From Deinococcales bacterium (GTDB lineage: Bacteria > Deinococcota > Deinococci > Deinococcales > JAAFIG01): a stretch of DNA of 60,441 nucleotides. The notes under the pieces are model-generated. The model saw only the letters and a list, made by a program, of their open reading frames with translations, ran no database searches and had not been told where the DNA came from. Location of the stretch: positions 1 to 60,441 of the forward strand of contig JANNVX010000072.1 of assembly GCA_031414595.1 (NCBI GenBank). Reading direction: 5' to 3'. A program made the translations under genes and the position numbers. How positions within the stretch are numbered: position 1 is the stretch's first letter; each line of letters begins with the position of its first letter. Below, piece after piece: positions 28,346-38,137 of this stretch.

Positions 28346-29184
28346 GTGCTGATGTTCTGGCTGCACTGTGGGGTTTAGCTTCGGCGGCGGCTTGGGGCTT
28401 TGGTGATTTTGCTGGTGGGCTGGCTACGCGGCGTTCAAGTGAATTAACCGTAATGCGGGTCTCGAGTGTGATTGGTTTGGTGTTTTTAGTGGCTTTGGCT
28501 TTGTTGCGTGGTTCGCCACTCCCAAGCCTCCAAGATGCACTGCTCGGAGTGGTTGGAGGTTTGGTGGGCGTGATTGGTTTGCTAACCCTTTACCGTGCCT
28601 TGGCAACAGGGCAAATGAGTCTGGTTGCTCCAATCACCGCTGTTATGGCAAATTTGGTCGCGGTTGCCATTAGCGCCGCCACCGAGGGTGTACCTGGAAT
28701 TCTGAAATGGTTGGGTTTTGGTCTGGCAGCCTTTGGTGTTTGGTTACTGAGTCGTCCAAGTGGTGCGGTGCAACTCTCAAAGGCTGTGCTGGGTTTATCG
28801 GTCTTGGCAGGAGTTTGTTTCGGTGGAACATTTGCGATTGCCGCTCAGTATTCAGGGGCAGATGTGGGTTGGACAGTGGTGTGTTTGCGTCTGACTACGG
28901 TTGTTTCTATTTTTATAATCATTGCATTTCAAAAAGGTGTGCCGTCCTTACCTCGAGCCTTGCTGCCTTTGGTCTTGGTGGCTGGTATTTGTGACAGCCT
29001 TGGTAATGTTTTTTTTGCACTTGCTGGACAAGCTGGGCGTTTGGATGTCAGTGCCGTCTCAAGTTCGTTGTATCCAGCCTTTACGCTGTTCATGGCGGTC
29101 TTGGTGCTGCGTGAGCGCTTGCAGCCGTGGCAGATACTTGGGGCGGGGTTGTGCTTGGTCAGTATTGGCTTAATTGTGGTTTGA
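28342..29184 (+). CDS. EamA/DMT family transporter
   Basis: About 10 TM segments, WGFGDFAGG, SSLYPAFT, LRERL. Confidence 0.9.
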   Translation: MSADVLAALWGLASAAAWGFGDFAGGLATRRSSELTVMRVSSVIGLVFLVALALLRGSPLPSLQDALLGVVGGLVGVIGLLTLYRALATGQMSLVAPITAVMANLVAVAISAATEGVPGILKWLGFGLAAFGVWLLSRPSGAVQLSKAVLGLSVLAGVCFGGTFAIAAQYSGADVGWTVVCLRLTTVVSIFIIIAFQKGVPSLPRALLPLVLVAGICDSLGNVFFALAGQAGRLDVSAVSSSLYPAFTLFMAVLVLRERLQPWQILGAGLCLVSIGLIVV

Positions 29185-29238
29185 GGAAAGATAGTTTGGG
29201 CTATCCATTGTTTGTACAAATTTGACTTGATTCAGAGT

Positions 29239-29628
29239 TTATTTCTTTTTTGCAGTGGCTTTTTGAAGATTTTCCTGCACTCTAAAAATCACAATTTTAC
29301 GAATTAAATCATAGGGAATTGCTTGCTCGAGCGGAAATTTGACTGAGCCTTTGCCCGATTGGTACTGACTTAACTCGGCTTTGAATTCGCTAATACCATC
29401 AGGTGTTGGATACAAACCAATGTGTTTTTTGAACGCCGCAAAATAGACCAGGTAATGCCCGTGTAGCTTAAAAGTCGGCATTTGATAACTGATGCTTTCC
29501 GTGGCTTCAGGGGCAATTTCTTGAATCAGGCTTCTGATTTTCTCGAGAATGATTCGTACATCTTCAGGGAAAGTGGCGATATAAGCACTGATGTTTTCGG
29601 GGGCTGCTGGCTTGGGTTTCATGGGCAT
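29239..29628 (-). CDS. DUF1801/YdhG-like protein
   Basis: ESISYQMPTF, FAAFKKHIGLYP, KGSVKFP. Confidence 0.9.
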   Translation of the reverse strand: MPMKPKPAAPENISAYIATFPEDVRIILEKIRSLIQEIAPEATESISYQMPTFKLHGHYLVYFAAFKKHIGLYPTPDGISEFKAELSQYQSGKGSVKFPLEQAIPYDLIRKIVIFRVQENLQKATAKKK

Positions 29629-29655
29629 TTTTATAGCTTAGCGTTTATCCGAAAT

Positions 29656-30132
29656 TCATGTTGTATCAATTCGAGTAAATCGCATTGTCCAATTTTTCTC
29701 CCAAGTTGTTCCGTTATCGCTCGAGAATTCTTGTTCCCAGAGCGCAGTTTTGTCGGTGATTCCAGACCATGTAAACCGAACTCGAATGGGGACTTCATCT
29801 AAAGTGTCTTGTCCTTCAAAAATCCCAATACCATCTTTGAAAACACCCACTACAGGTGGCTCGAGTGTACCGGTGGTGTTGCTCATCCAGTAAATGCTCC
29901 ATTGCTGGGCGACCAGATTAAATAAGCGTAAGGTTGTGCCAATAAAGTCTGGTCGCCAATCTTGGGCAATAAAATCGTCTATGTTACCAAGCCCAGCTAA
30001 AATTGGTTTAGCTGTACTTGTGGCAGTGAAAGTTTCCCACTCGGTACAGTTTTGTAAGCGTTTTTTTAAGAAACGATTTTCTATTTGCCAAGTACCAAAT
30101 AGAAAATCGAAATCGTGGTTTGGGTTGTTCAT
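29656..30132 (-). CDS. DUF1579-like hypothetical protein
   Basis: HDFDFLFGTW...WEQEFSSDNGTTWEKNW; GGAGG RBS before ATG 30132. Confidence 0.8.
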   Translation of the reverse strand: MNNPNHDFDFLFGTWQIENRFLKKRLQNCTEWETFTATSTAKPILAGLGNIDDFIAQDWRPDFIGTTLRLFNLVAQQWSIYWMSNTTGTLEPPVVGVFKDGIGIFEGQDTLDEVPIRVRFTWSGITDKTALWEQEFSSDNGTTWEKNWTMRFTRIDTT

Positions 30133-30203
30133 TGTTACCTCCAAAAACAGTCTAAGACCAATTCCCGACAATCTTCGGCGACAATTCGTGGCAAACTACA
30201 AAG

Positions 30204-31148
30204 ATGTACAGCCCAACTTTGCGATTATTGACATTACTTGAATTACTCGAGTCCAAAGAACGGGTGACTGGTCTTGAATTAGCCCAGAAACTCGAGGTCA
30301 GTTCGCGCAGTATCCAGCGTTATGTTTTGCAATTACAAGACCTTGGTATTCCTGTTGAATCCACCCGAGGTGTGGGTGGCGCATACCGCTTAAAGGCTGG
30401 TTTTCGACTGCCACCTTTGATGTTTACGAATCAAGAAGCACTGGCATTGGCACTCGGATTACAAGCCCTTGAGTCATTTGGTTTAACCGCCACTGCCCAA
30501 GTTTCGGCACAAAGTAAACTGACACGGGTTTTACCAAAATCTATTGCTGCACAAATGCAAATGGTACAAGACACAATGCGCCTTATGTCTTTTGGGTGGT
30601 TGGTCAAAACCAATACAAATTTATTGTTGCAACTGATGAAAGCCAGCCACGCGTGTCATCCAATTGAATTGGCATATCAGTCATCTCGAGATGAAATTAC
30701 AAATCGAATCATCGAGCCGTATAAACTGCTGCATTTTAACCAACGCTGGTATCTGGTTGGATATTGCCGATTGCGCCTTGCCCCACGAATTTTTCGTTTA
30801 GATCGGATTTTGGATGTTGTCCTGCTTGAGGAGAATTTTGAACCGCCCCAGAACTTTGATGCACTTCAATTCTTATCTGATTCAATTCCTTTTGCCTCTA
30901 CACCGTGGAATATCGAGGTACTGCTGGACTTACCGATTACTGAGGCTCGTTGGCGGGTTTTGCCGCATCAGATGACACTCGAGGAAGTGGAAGCTGGAAC
31001 ATTACTGCGTTGTGGCAGTAGCGACCTTGAGTGGATTGCGGCAATTCTGCTCAGTTTCAAGTGTGAATTTAGGGTTGTTCAACCACCTGAATTACTCGAG
31101 GCATTTCATCACTTGGCAACTCGAGCGCTGCGTTTTGGTAAATCATGA
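30204..31148 (+). CDS. YafY-family HTH-WYL transcriptional regulator
   Basis: HTH_11 start, GVGGAYRL, LPPLMFT, RWYLVGYC, RIFRLDRI. Confidence 0.93.
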   Translation: MYSPTLRLLTLLELLESKERVTGLELAQKLEVSSRSIQRYVLQLQDLGIPVESTRGVGGAYRLKAGFRLPPLMFTNQEALALALGLQALESFGLTATAQVSAQSKLTRVLPKSIAAQMQMVQDTMRLMSFGWLVKTNTNLLLQLMKASHACHPIELAYQSSRDEITNRIIEPYKLLHFNQRWYLVGYCRLRLAPRIFRLDRILDVVLLEENFEPPQNFDALQFLSDSIPFASTPWNIEVLLDLPITEARWRVLPHQMTLEEVEAGTLLRCGSSDLEWIAAILLSFKCEFRVVQPPELLEAFHHLATRALRFGKS

Positions 31149-31211
31149 TGGATTGAGTGACAATTTTGTTTTGATGTATTTGAGCGGGGAGTTAATTCTA
31201 AATACACTAGT

Positions 31212-31240
31212 TTGACAAATTGTTGTATATATGCAACAAT
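31212..31240 (+). promoter_or_regulatory. promoter with palindromic operator
   Basis: TTGACA at 31212 followed by ATTGTTG-TATATATG-CAACAAT (31219-31240). Confidence 0.7.
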
Positions 31241-31247
31241 ATATTTT

Positions 31248-31520
31248 ATGAAAGCTACAAAAAATAAAACTTCTACAATAGCTATTCATAACCGCTTGCC
31301 AGTGCTTCGTGCCGAACGCAACCTGAGCCGCCAAGACCTTGCCGATGCGGTTGGCATAAATTTTCAAACCATTGGCTACCTCGAGCGCGGCGATTACAAC
31401 CCCAGTTTAGAACTGGCATTTAAGCTCTCTGAATTTTTTGGCTTACCCATCGAAGCAATTTTTTCAAAGACACCATTTAAGCCACTTTCCGAAAGCCTGT
31501 ACAACAAAGGAGTCGTATGA
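31248..31520 (+). CDS. XRE-family HTH regulator
   Basis: NRLPVLRAERNLSRQDLADAVGINFQTIGYLERGDYNPSLELA. Confidence 0.92.
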   Translation: MKATKNKTSTIAIHNRLPVLRAERNLSRQDLADAVGINFQTIGYLERGDYNPSLELAFKLSEFFGLPIEAIFSKTPFKPLSESLYNKGVV

Positions 31521-31981
31521 CCATGCCACAAGAACCCCTCAATTTTAAGTTGGCTCGAGTCACCCCAAAATGGGCATTTAAGCAATCAGCACGACGCTTT
31601 TTGGTGATAACATTTTTTCTTGTGCCATTTGTGGCTGGCACTGCCGCAGGGTACATCAATTCGCTTTGGAGCTTGTTATTCGCTCCATTTGCGATTGTGC
31701 CGATTGTCTGTTTTCTTTGGCTGGTTGGAGCAACTGGCGCTCGAGCCGATAGCCCAGACGAATACCTTGATGAACGCGAAATTGCAGTGCGTAACGAAGT
31801 CTACTTAAATGCCTTTCGGATTCTTGGTGCAGTGATTGCCTTTGGTTTTGCGGTCTTTACATTTTTTCCAGACCTACCCGTTGGTGCAAATAATGTTTTT
31901 GCAACGCTGTTTCCACTGGCTATACTCCTGCCTACTTTTACTTTAGCTTGGACACAACCAGACCCACTCGAGGAGGCATAA
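31517..31981 (+). CDS. membrane protein with DERE motif (DUF2178-like)
   Basis: Four TMs, LDEREIAVR, ends AWTQPDP. Confidence 0.8.
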   Translation: MTMPQEPLNFKLARVTPKWAFKQSARRFLVITFFLVPFVAGTAAGYINSLWSLLFAPFAIVPIVCFLWLVGATGARADSPDEYLDEREIAVRNEVYLNAFRILGAVIAFGFAVFTFFPDLPVGANNVFATLFPLAILLPTFTLAWTQPDPLEEA

Positions 31982-31984
31982 CCC

Positions 31985-32491
31985 ATGACCCAACCCATCA
32001 AAAATCCGTTTCCAACGCCAATTCGTCTGTTGGGAAGCCAAAAGAATCGCCGAATTATAACAGTGCTGAGTATGGTGTTTTTGCTCATAGCAATTGTTTT
32101 AGCAGGCTCGAGCCAAGGCACTTGGGCATTAGCGGCGGTGATTATCAGTATGGTGCTTGGAATCGTACTGCATTTTGCCACCCGTAACATTGCCAATGCC
32201 ATGAACATCATCACCGATGAACGCGAACGCAGTTTACGCGACCACGCCCACCGAATTGCATACTGGGTACTTTCTGGGATTCTAGGCGGAATTTTTGGAC
32301 TGGTTGCAGGGTTTATTTCGACTCGAGAAGCCGAAAAAGTGCTGGTATTGGTCAAAGATTTGCACCGTTTAGAAATACAAGTTTTATTACTTTCATTTAC
32401 GGCTGTTTTCTTGGGTTTACCAACCGCTATTATTGCGTGGCTCGAGCCAGACCCACTCAAGGATGAAGAAACTCAGTTCACTCGAGGCTGA
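31985..32491 (+). CDS. membrane protein with DERE motif (paralog of upstream gene)
   Basis: Four TMs, TDERERSLR, AWLEPDP. Confidence 0.8.
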   Translation: MTQPIKNPFPTPIRLLGSQKNRRIITVLSMVFLLIAIVLAGSSQGTWALAAVIISMVLGIVLHFATRNIANAMNIITDERERSLRDHAHRIAYWVLSGILGGIFGLVAGFISTREAEKVLVLVKDLHRLEIQVLLLSFTAVFLGLPTAIIAWLEPDPLKDEETQFTRG

Positions 32492-32553
32492 AAAAAAACT
32501 CAGTTCACTCGAGGAATAACCGATTCTACGCACAGAAATTTTTAAGGAGTGGT

Positions 32554-33978
32554 ATGAAAAAATTGTTTAGCATTATTTTCTTTGGAATTGCTTTGGTCAT
32601 AAGTGCTTCAAATGTTTCAGGGCAAACTAGCTCAGCTTTTGAAAAAGTGGTTTGTCCAACGGGTATTACAGCCACAAGTTGTGGTTTTGTCAGTGTGCCA
32701 GAAAATCGGGGGAAACCCGAAAAGAAAATTAAACTCTTTGTGACGATTACAAAAGCAAAAACCCAAAAGCAAGAACCTTTGTTTTTTCTGGCTGGTGGAC
32801 CCGGTGAACATGGCTCTCAGTACGCTGTACTTGCAACAGCGTTTCCGACTCGCGACTTTATTGCTTTTGACCAACGTGGTGTTGGAAGGTCTCAACCCGC
32901 TCTGGATTGCGATACTACTGCGGCTGGCTCAGAAAGTTCAATTGCAGCAGGTGATGCACTGCTGAAAACCTTAACAACTTGTGGTGAAAACTGGAAAACC
33001 CAAGGAATTGACCTAAGCGCTTATAATGCCACCGAAAGCGCCGCCGATGTCAACGATATTCGCCTTGCTTTGGGATACGAAAAAATCAGTTTATATGGTG
33101 TTTCTTATGGGACACGTTTAGCCCAAGAAGTGATGCGAACTTTTAGTCCAAGCCTAAAAAGCGTTTTGATAGACAGTGTTATTCCGTTACAAATTGATCG
33201 TGTTGCCGATACGCTTTACAGCATTGATGAAGCACTCAAAAAAGTTTTTGCAACTTGTAAAGCCGAGGCTGATTGCAACAACAGATACCCGAATCTCGAG
33301 GCAGAATACCAAAATCTATACCAAGCCTTGAATACCAAACCTTTGGAAGTGACCTTGGGTAAAGAAAAACTCCTAATGAGCGGTAACACCATGCAGGGCA
33401 TTGTTTTTATTTCAATGTACAGCGCTTTTGGTATTGCCGAATTACCTCAGCTTCTGTTTGGCTTAAAAGCTGGTCGGGCTAACGTGCTACAAGGTAAATT
33501 TGTCGAGAATTTTCTTAATGCAGTCAGCACAGGAATTTCTTCTGGAGCATTTTTTACGCATGAATGCCGTGGCGAATTTGCATTCTCGAGTCTGGCACAA
33601 CTGCGCCGGACTTATGTAGCCTTACCGCAATGGGCAAATTCATTTAGCAGTAGTGTGGGTATTGCTGGCGAACGTGGTTTTACCTTGTGTCAAAACCTTG
33701 GTTTAACCACACCCAGCGGACTCGAGAATACGGCGGTGACAAGCCCTGTTCGTACCTTGCTGATGGCTGGCGAATTTGACCCAGTAACACCCGCTCGTTA
33801 CCTTGCTATCGCCAGTGCTGGATTAAACAATAGTGTCAGTGTAACCATGAAAGGCGGCGCACACGCCGTTTCACTCAGTAGTCAGTGCGGTCTAAGCATT
33901 ATGTTGGCATTCTTTGCCAACCCAGAAGCCCCTTTGGATTCAAAATGTGCCAATCAAGGAAGCATCCGTTTTCAATAA
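32554..33978 (+). CDS. secreted alpha/beta hydrolase (TAP-like peptidase)
   Basis: AAGGAG RBS, LAGGPG, DQRGVG, GVSYG, GEFDPVTP. Confidence 0.9.
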   Translation: MKKLFSIIFFGIALVISASNVSGQTSSAFEKVVCPTGITATSCGFVSVPENRGKPEKKIKLFVTITKAKTQKQEPLFFLAGGPGEHGSQYAVLATAFPTRDFIAFDQRGVGRSQPALDCDTTAAGSESSIAAGDALLKTLTTCGENWKTQGIDLSAYNATESAADVNDIRLALGYEKISLYGVSYGTRLAQEVMRTFSPSLKSVLIDSVIPLQIDRVADTLYSIDEALKKVFATCKAEADCNNRYPNLEAEYQNLYQALNTKPLEVTLGKEKLLMSGNTMQGIVFISMYSAFGIAELPQLLFGLKAGRANVLQGKFVENFLNAVSTGISSGAFFTHECRGEFAFSSLAQLRRTYVALPQWANSFSSSVGIAGERGFTLCQNLGLTTPSGLENTAVTSPVRTLLMAGEFDPVTPARYLAIASAGLNNSVSVTMKGGAHAVSLSSQCGLSIMLAFFANPEAPLDSKCANQGSIRFQ

Positions 33979-34116
33979 TTTTGATTACCAGTAAGCGGCT
34001 AAGCAAACCAAAATTTTGTTTTCATTTCTCCTTAAGCCTTTGCGAACTCGAGGAAGCCATAGAAATTCTTAACGCACCTTGAATAACAGCCGCCTATGGT
34101 ACGCTACAAATAGGTT

Positions 34117-35259
34117 ATGGATAAGTTCAAACGAATAAAAATTCAGGGGTATCGTCGTCTCGAGGACATTGACCTCGAGATGCGTCCTTTGATGGTGCTG
34201 ATTGGTGCAAATGGTTCTGGAAAAACCTCTTTTTTAGACACATTTTCTTTGCTGGCGGCTTCGGCTCGAGGCAATTTGCAAGATGAATTGAGTGAACAAG
34301 GTGGTATTTCAGAAGTCTTAACCCGTGGCAAAGCACATCAACTTAGGTTTTTCATCCACACGAATACCCTAAAAGGAAATCCATTTCAGTATGAGCTTGT
34401 ATTGAAAATAAATGGATTCGCGTATGAAATTGTCTCTGAATCACTAATTGAAACAGAAGAATATCAAAATATGTCTCCTAGTCCATATAAACATATTTCA
34501 ACCTTGAGAGGGTTGATACTTTACCAAGATGCTATCCCTGACTGGGATATGAAATTTCTTGAAACTGCCCTTTCGCAAGTTCCAAAAACAGATAAAGATT
34601 CAGAATCGTTTCGGCGTGGTTTGGCAGGTTGCACTTACTATGGTTCTGGATTACTGAATGTATCTAAACAAAGCCCTATTCGTTTGCCGCAAACATTGCG
34701 TCCTGCAACTTTACCCGGTGTCAATGGTGAAAACTTGGTTTCGTACTTGTATACGCTTAAAGAATCAGATACGAGTCGTTTTGAGCAATTGACCGATATT
34801 ATTTCGGCGGCTTTTCCAGATTTTAAGGGCTTTGGCTTTCCTTTGATTGCGGCTGGCACTGCTACGATCACTTGGTTGGATAAAAATTATTCGCAACCGA
34901 TGTATTTACGTGAATTATCCGAAGGAACACTGCGGTTTTTATGGTTGGTGGCTTTGCTGCAAAGTTCGGACTTACCGACCATAACGCTACTCGACGAACC
35001 AGAACTGAGTTTACATCCAGAGCTACTGCGTCATCTTGTTCCGCTTTTACGGGATGCTTCTGAGCGCACTCAGTTGATTGTGGCAACACATTCAGATCGT
35101 TTGGTGCGTTTTTTAGAACCCAAAGAAATAGTGGTTTGCGATCTCGAGGATGGCAGTACCAAAATGACTTGGGCAGATTCTTTTCCACTGGCAAAATGGC
35201 TCGAGGATTATACTTTAGACCAACTCTGGGCAATGAATATTTTTGGTGGTCGTCCGTGA
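34117..35259 (+). CDS. AAA_21-type (ABC-like) ATPase
   Basis: GANGSGKT, LSEGTLR, LLDEPELSLHP, VATHS. Confidence 0.92.
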   Translation: MDKFKRIKIQGYRRLEDIDLEMRPLMVLIGANGSGKTSFLDTFSLLAASARGNLQDELSEQGGISEVLTRGKAHQLRFFIHTNTLKGNPFQYELVLKINGFAYEIVSESLIETEEYQNMSPSPYKHISTLRGLILYQDAIPDWDMKFLETALSQVPKTDKDSESFRRGLAGCTYYGSGLLNVSKQSPIRLPQTLRPATLPGVNGENLVSYLYTLKESDTSRFEQLTDIISAAFPDFKGFGFPLIAAGTATITWLDKNYSQPMYLRELSEGTLRFLWLVALLQSSDLPTITLLDEPELSLHPELLRHLVPLLRDASERTQLIVATHSDRLVRFLEPKEIVVCDLEDGSTKMTWADSFPLAKWLEDYTLDQLWAMNIFGGRP

Positions 35260-35861
35260 AAATCGCTATTTTGGTTGAAGGGGATACCGAAGTGGCGTTC
35301 AAAGAAAAACTGCGCGAGTTCTTGAAAAATTATTTGGCTGGTAAAATGCCTAAGCTCGAGTTTAAGACCCAAGATGGTCGTATTCCAAAGCAAGATAAAC
35401 TTAAACGAGTCGTTAAAAATCTGTTAGATAACGACGGTTTTGATGCTGTGATTGCCCTGACCGATGTCTACACTGGCACGAATGATTTTGCTGGTGCTGC
35501 GGATGCCAAAAAGAAAATGCAGGACTGGGTGGGTCATGATTCTCGGTTTTTTCCGTGCGTTGCGCTACACGATTTTGAGGCATGGCTGTTACCGTATTGG
35601 GCAACCATTCAAAAGAAAGCTGGTCATAATCAAAGCGCTCCAAGTGGGCAACCAGAAGGCGTGAATCACAATAATCCGCCTTCGTACAGACTCAAGGAGA
35701 TTTACCGCAAAGGTCGTGGCAAAGAGTACAACAAAATTGCCGATGCCAAAGCCATCCTCAAAGACAATGACCTTAGGGTGGCGGTACAAGCCTGTCCAGA
35801 ACTCAAAATTTTTATTAATTGCATCATTGAGCTTTGCGACCCAAGTCAAAAAATCCTCTAA
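35256..35861 (+). CDS. DUF4276-like (TOPRIM-like) protein
   Basis: GTGA overlap; ILVEGDTE, LTDVY, HDFEAWLL, VNHNNPPSYRL. Confidence 0.82.
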   Translation: MKIAILVEGDTEVAFKEKLREFLKNYLAGKMPKLEFKTQDGRIPKQDKLKRVVKNLLDNDGFDAVIALTDVYTGTNDFAGAADAKKKMQDWVGHDSRFFPCVALHDFEAWLLPYWATIQKKAGHNQSAPSGQPEGVNHNNPPSYRLKEIYRKGRGKEYNKIADAKAILKDNDLRVAVQACPELKIFINCIIELCDPSQKIL

Positions 35862-37015
35862 GCTCGAGCAAAATCCAAAGCCGCTTTTGCCAATAATTCC
35901 GTAGCCAGTGGTAAGCAACCCGTGTCGTCAATGTCAAACTTGGGATGATGGTGTGGGTAGCCAGCCCCACTGCCGACCAAGAAATACACACCGGGGACTC
36001 GAGCCAGAAATTCTGCCACATCATCGCCGCCCATTGTTGGATTTGGCGTTTCAACACCCTCAACAATCTCGAGCGCAAGTTTTTTGAAGCGTTCGGTCAG
36101 TTCGGCATTATTCACCACTGGCGGCACACCAGATTTCCACTCGAGCCGTGCTGAACCACCAAAAGCCGTAGCCGTGGAAGTACAGAGCGTTTCGATGCGG
36201 GCTTGGAGTTTAGTGCGTAGTTCAGGGTCAAAGGTTCGCAGCGTGCAGCGCAGTTCGATACTGTCTGGAATAATGTTATATGCCCCTTCACCAGCAATAA
36301 TGGTACAGACCGACACCACACTGGGGAATTGCGGGTCAGTTTCACGGCTAACAATGGTTTGTAGTGCCAGCACAAGCTGTGAACCAATCACAATTGGGTC
36401 TATGCACTGGTGTGGTGAAGCCGCATGACCACCTTTGCCTTGAATAAAGACACTAAAAGCATCGGCGGAAGCAAAACTCGCCCCTGCTCGAGCGCCAACC
36501 CAACCCACAGGTTTGTCATTCCAGAGGTGCAAGCCCACCACCGCATCTATGCCCTCGAGCAAGTCTGGTTTATCTTGTAGCATGGCTTTTGCGCCAGATA
36601 CGATTTCCTCGGCAGGTTGGAAAACAAATCTAAAATTCCCTTTGAGCGTGTCTTTGTGCTTAGCCAAAATACTGGCAACGTGCATGGCGATGCTGGCGTG
36701 TCCATCGTGTCCACAAGCGTGCATTGCACCAGCGTTTATCGAGGCATACTCTGCACCTGTTTGTTCACTAAAGGGCAGTGCATCTATGTCAGCGCGAATT
36801 AAAACGGTTTTACCGGGCTTACCGCCTTTAAGTTCGGCAACCACACCAGTCTTACCCACATTACGTTCAACCTCGAGACCCAGATTCTCGAGATGCGTGG
36901 CAATAATGTTACTGGTGCGGACTTCTTCAAAGGCAATTTCGGCATGAATATGAAAGTCACGGCGCACTGCGACAAGGCTTTCAGTCAGGGCTGCCACTTC
37001 GGTTTTTAGGTTCAT
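35858..37015 (-). CDS. M20 family amidohydrolase
   Basis: RADIDALP, MHACGHDGH, FQPAEE, HHHPKF. Confidence 0.95.
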   Translation of the reverse strand: MNLKTEVAALTESLVAVRRDFHIHAEIAFEEVRTSNIIATHLENLGLEVERNVGKTGVVAELKGGKPGKTVLIRADIDALPFSEQTGAEYASINAGAMHACGHDGHASIAMHVASILAKHKDTLKGNFRFVFQPAEEIVSGAKAMLQDKPDLLEGIDAVVGLHLWNDKPVGWVGARAGASFASADAFSVFIQGKGGHAASPHQCIDPIVIGSQLVLALQTIVSRETDPQFPSVVSVCTIIAGEGAYNIIPDSIELRCTLRTFDPELRTKLQARIETLCTSTATAFGGSARLEWKSGVPPVVNNAELTERFKKLALEIVEGVETPNPTMGGDDVAEFLARVPGVYFLVGSGAGYPHHHPKFDIDDTGCLPLATELLAKAALDFARA

Positions 37016-37028
37016 GGCAAAGTATACG

Positions 37029-37799
37029 TTAAACCGCCGCGCTCATTCCACCATCAAAGTTAATCGCACAACCACTGATATAAGCGGCTCTGGCACTGAC
37101 CAAAAAGGCAATAAAATCAGCAAATTCTTCAGCTTTTCCGACTCGAGCCAGTGGGATGTTGTTTTCTACGGGTAACTTGGCGTACAAACTTTCGATACTT
37201 TGGTTACTTTGCATTGCCCGACGCGCCCATTGGTCAGACTCAACCAAACCAATCAGCACACCATTCACGCGGATATTGTCTTTGCCAAGGTCTTTACTCA
37301 TGGCTTTCATCAGTGCCATCCCTGCGGCTCGAGAAACCGTGCTGGGCATACTGTTGGCGGCTGGGGTTTTTCCGCCAATTGCCAGTACATGGACAATACT
37401 GCCACCACCGACAGCTTTCATGTGCGGCACTGCAAGTTTAGATAACCGAATCGCCGCAAAGAATTTCATGTCTAAGTCCTCTTGCCATTCTTGTTCCGTA
37501 ATACTTTCAAATGGCTTAGCGGCTGCCCGTCCAGCGTTATTGACAATTGCATCTATGCGTCCAAAACGAGCCACGGTTTGAGTCACCAGATTCTCGAGAT
37601 GCACGGGGTTAGTCACATCGGTTTGAATCGCCAAGGCTTGCCCACCAATCATCGCGGCGGTTTTGGTCAGTTTATCTAAACCCCGAGCCGCAATCACCAC
37701 ATTCGCGCCTTCTTTGGCGCAAGCTAAGGCAGTGGCTGCGCCTAGTCCGTCGCTGCCTCCGGTAATAATGACCACTTTGCCACCAAGTTGTAAATCCAT
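37029..37799 (-). CDS. SDR family oxidoreductase
   Basis: TGGSDGLG, NNAG, DGG terminus. Confidence 0.93.
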   Translation of the reverse strand: MDLQLGGKVVIITGGSDGLGAATALACAKEGANVVIAARGLDKLTKTAAMIGGQALAIQTDVTNPVHLENLVTQTVARFGRIDAIVNNAGRAAAKPFESITEQEWQEDLDMKFFAAIRLSKLAVPHMKAVGGGSIVHVLAIGGKTPAANSMPSTVSRAAGMALMKAMSKDLGKDNIRVNGVLIGLVESDQWARRAMQSNQSIESLYAKLPVENNIPLARVGKAEEFADFIAFLVSARAAYISGCAINFDGGMSAAV

Positions 37800-37841
37800 G
37801 CTTTAGTTTAACACCTAAAGAATTAGGAGGAAGGAGGAAGC

Positions 37842-37879
37842 GCGAACAGCCCGATAGGTGCTGTCTTGTGAGCAAGAAG
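37842..37879 (+). repeat. copy of the AGCCCG-AGGTGC-CAAGA repeat
   Basis: GCGAACAGCCCGATAGGTGCTGTCTTGTGAGCAAGAAG, close to 24297-24334. Confidence 0.7.
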
Positions 37880-37968
37880 GAGAAAATTTATGTCCTCCCT
37901 CAAACCTTCGCCTTTTCTCAGAACCACCGAACGGTCTGGGATTATTGTTGAATACGTGAATGGAACAG

Positions 37969-38052
37969 CAGGGCGAACACAGGGATTCGCCCCTACCTCA
38001 CGCATCTTTCATGCCATGACCGTAGGGACAGACCCCTGTGTCTGTCCTGTGA
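37969..38052. repeat. GTAG-type REP doublet
   Basis: CAGGGCGAACACAGGGATTCGCCCCTAC ... GTAGGGACAGACCCCTGTGTCTGTCCTG. Confidence 0.85.
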
Positions 38053-38137
38053 CGAACGATGAATGGCATTCGTTTGGAGGCTCTACCTTTCCTCGAGCGG
38101 GGCGTTTTGCTCATTAAATACTGTTATTTTGGGCAAT

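Noticed and set aside
37823-38117. Short ORFs 37823-38005 and 37890-38117
   Set aside because: They are translations of REP DNA (VGANPCVRP, VGTDPCVCP) in an intergenic region.
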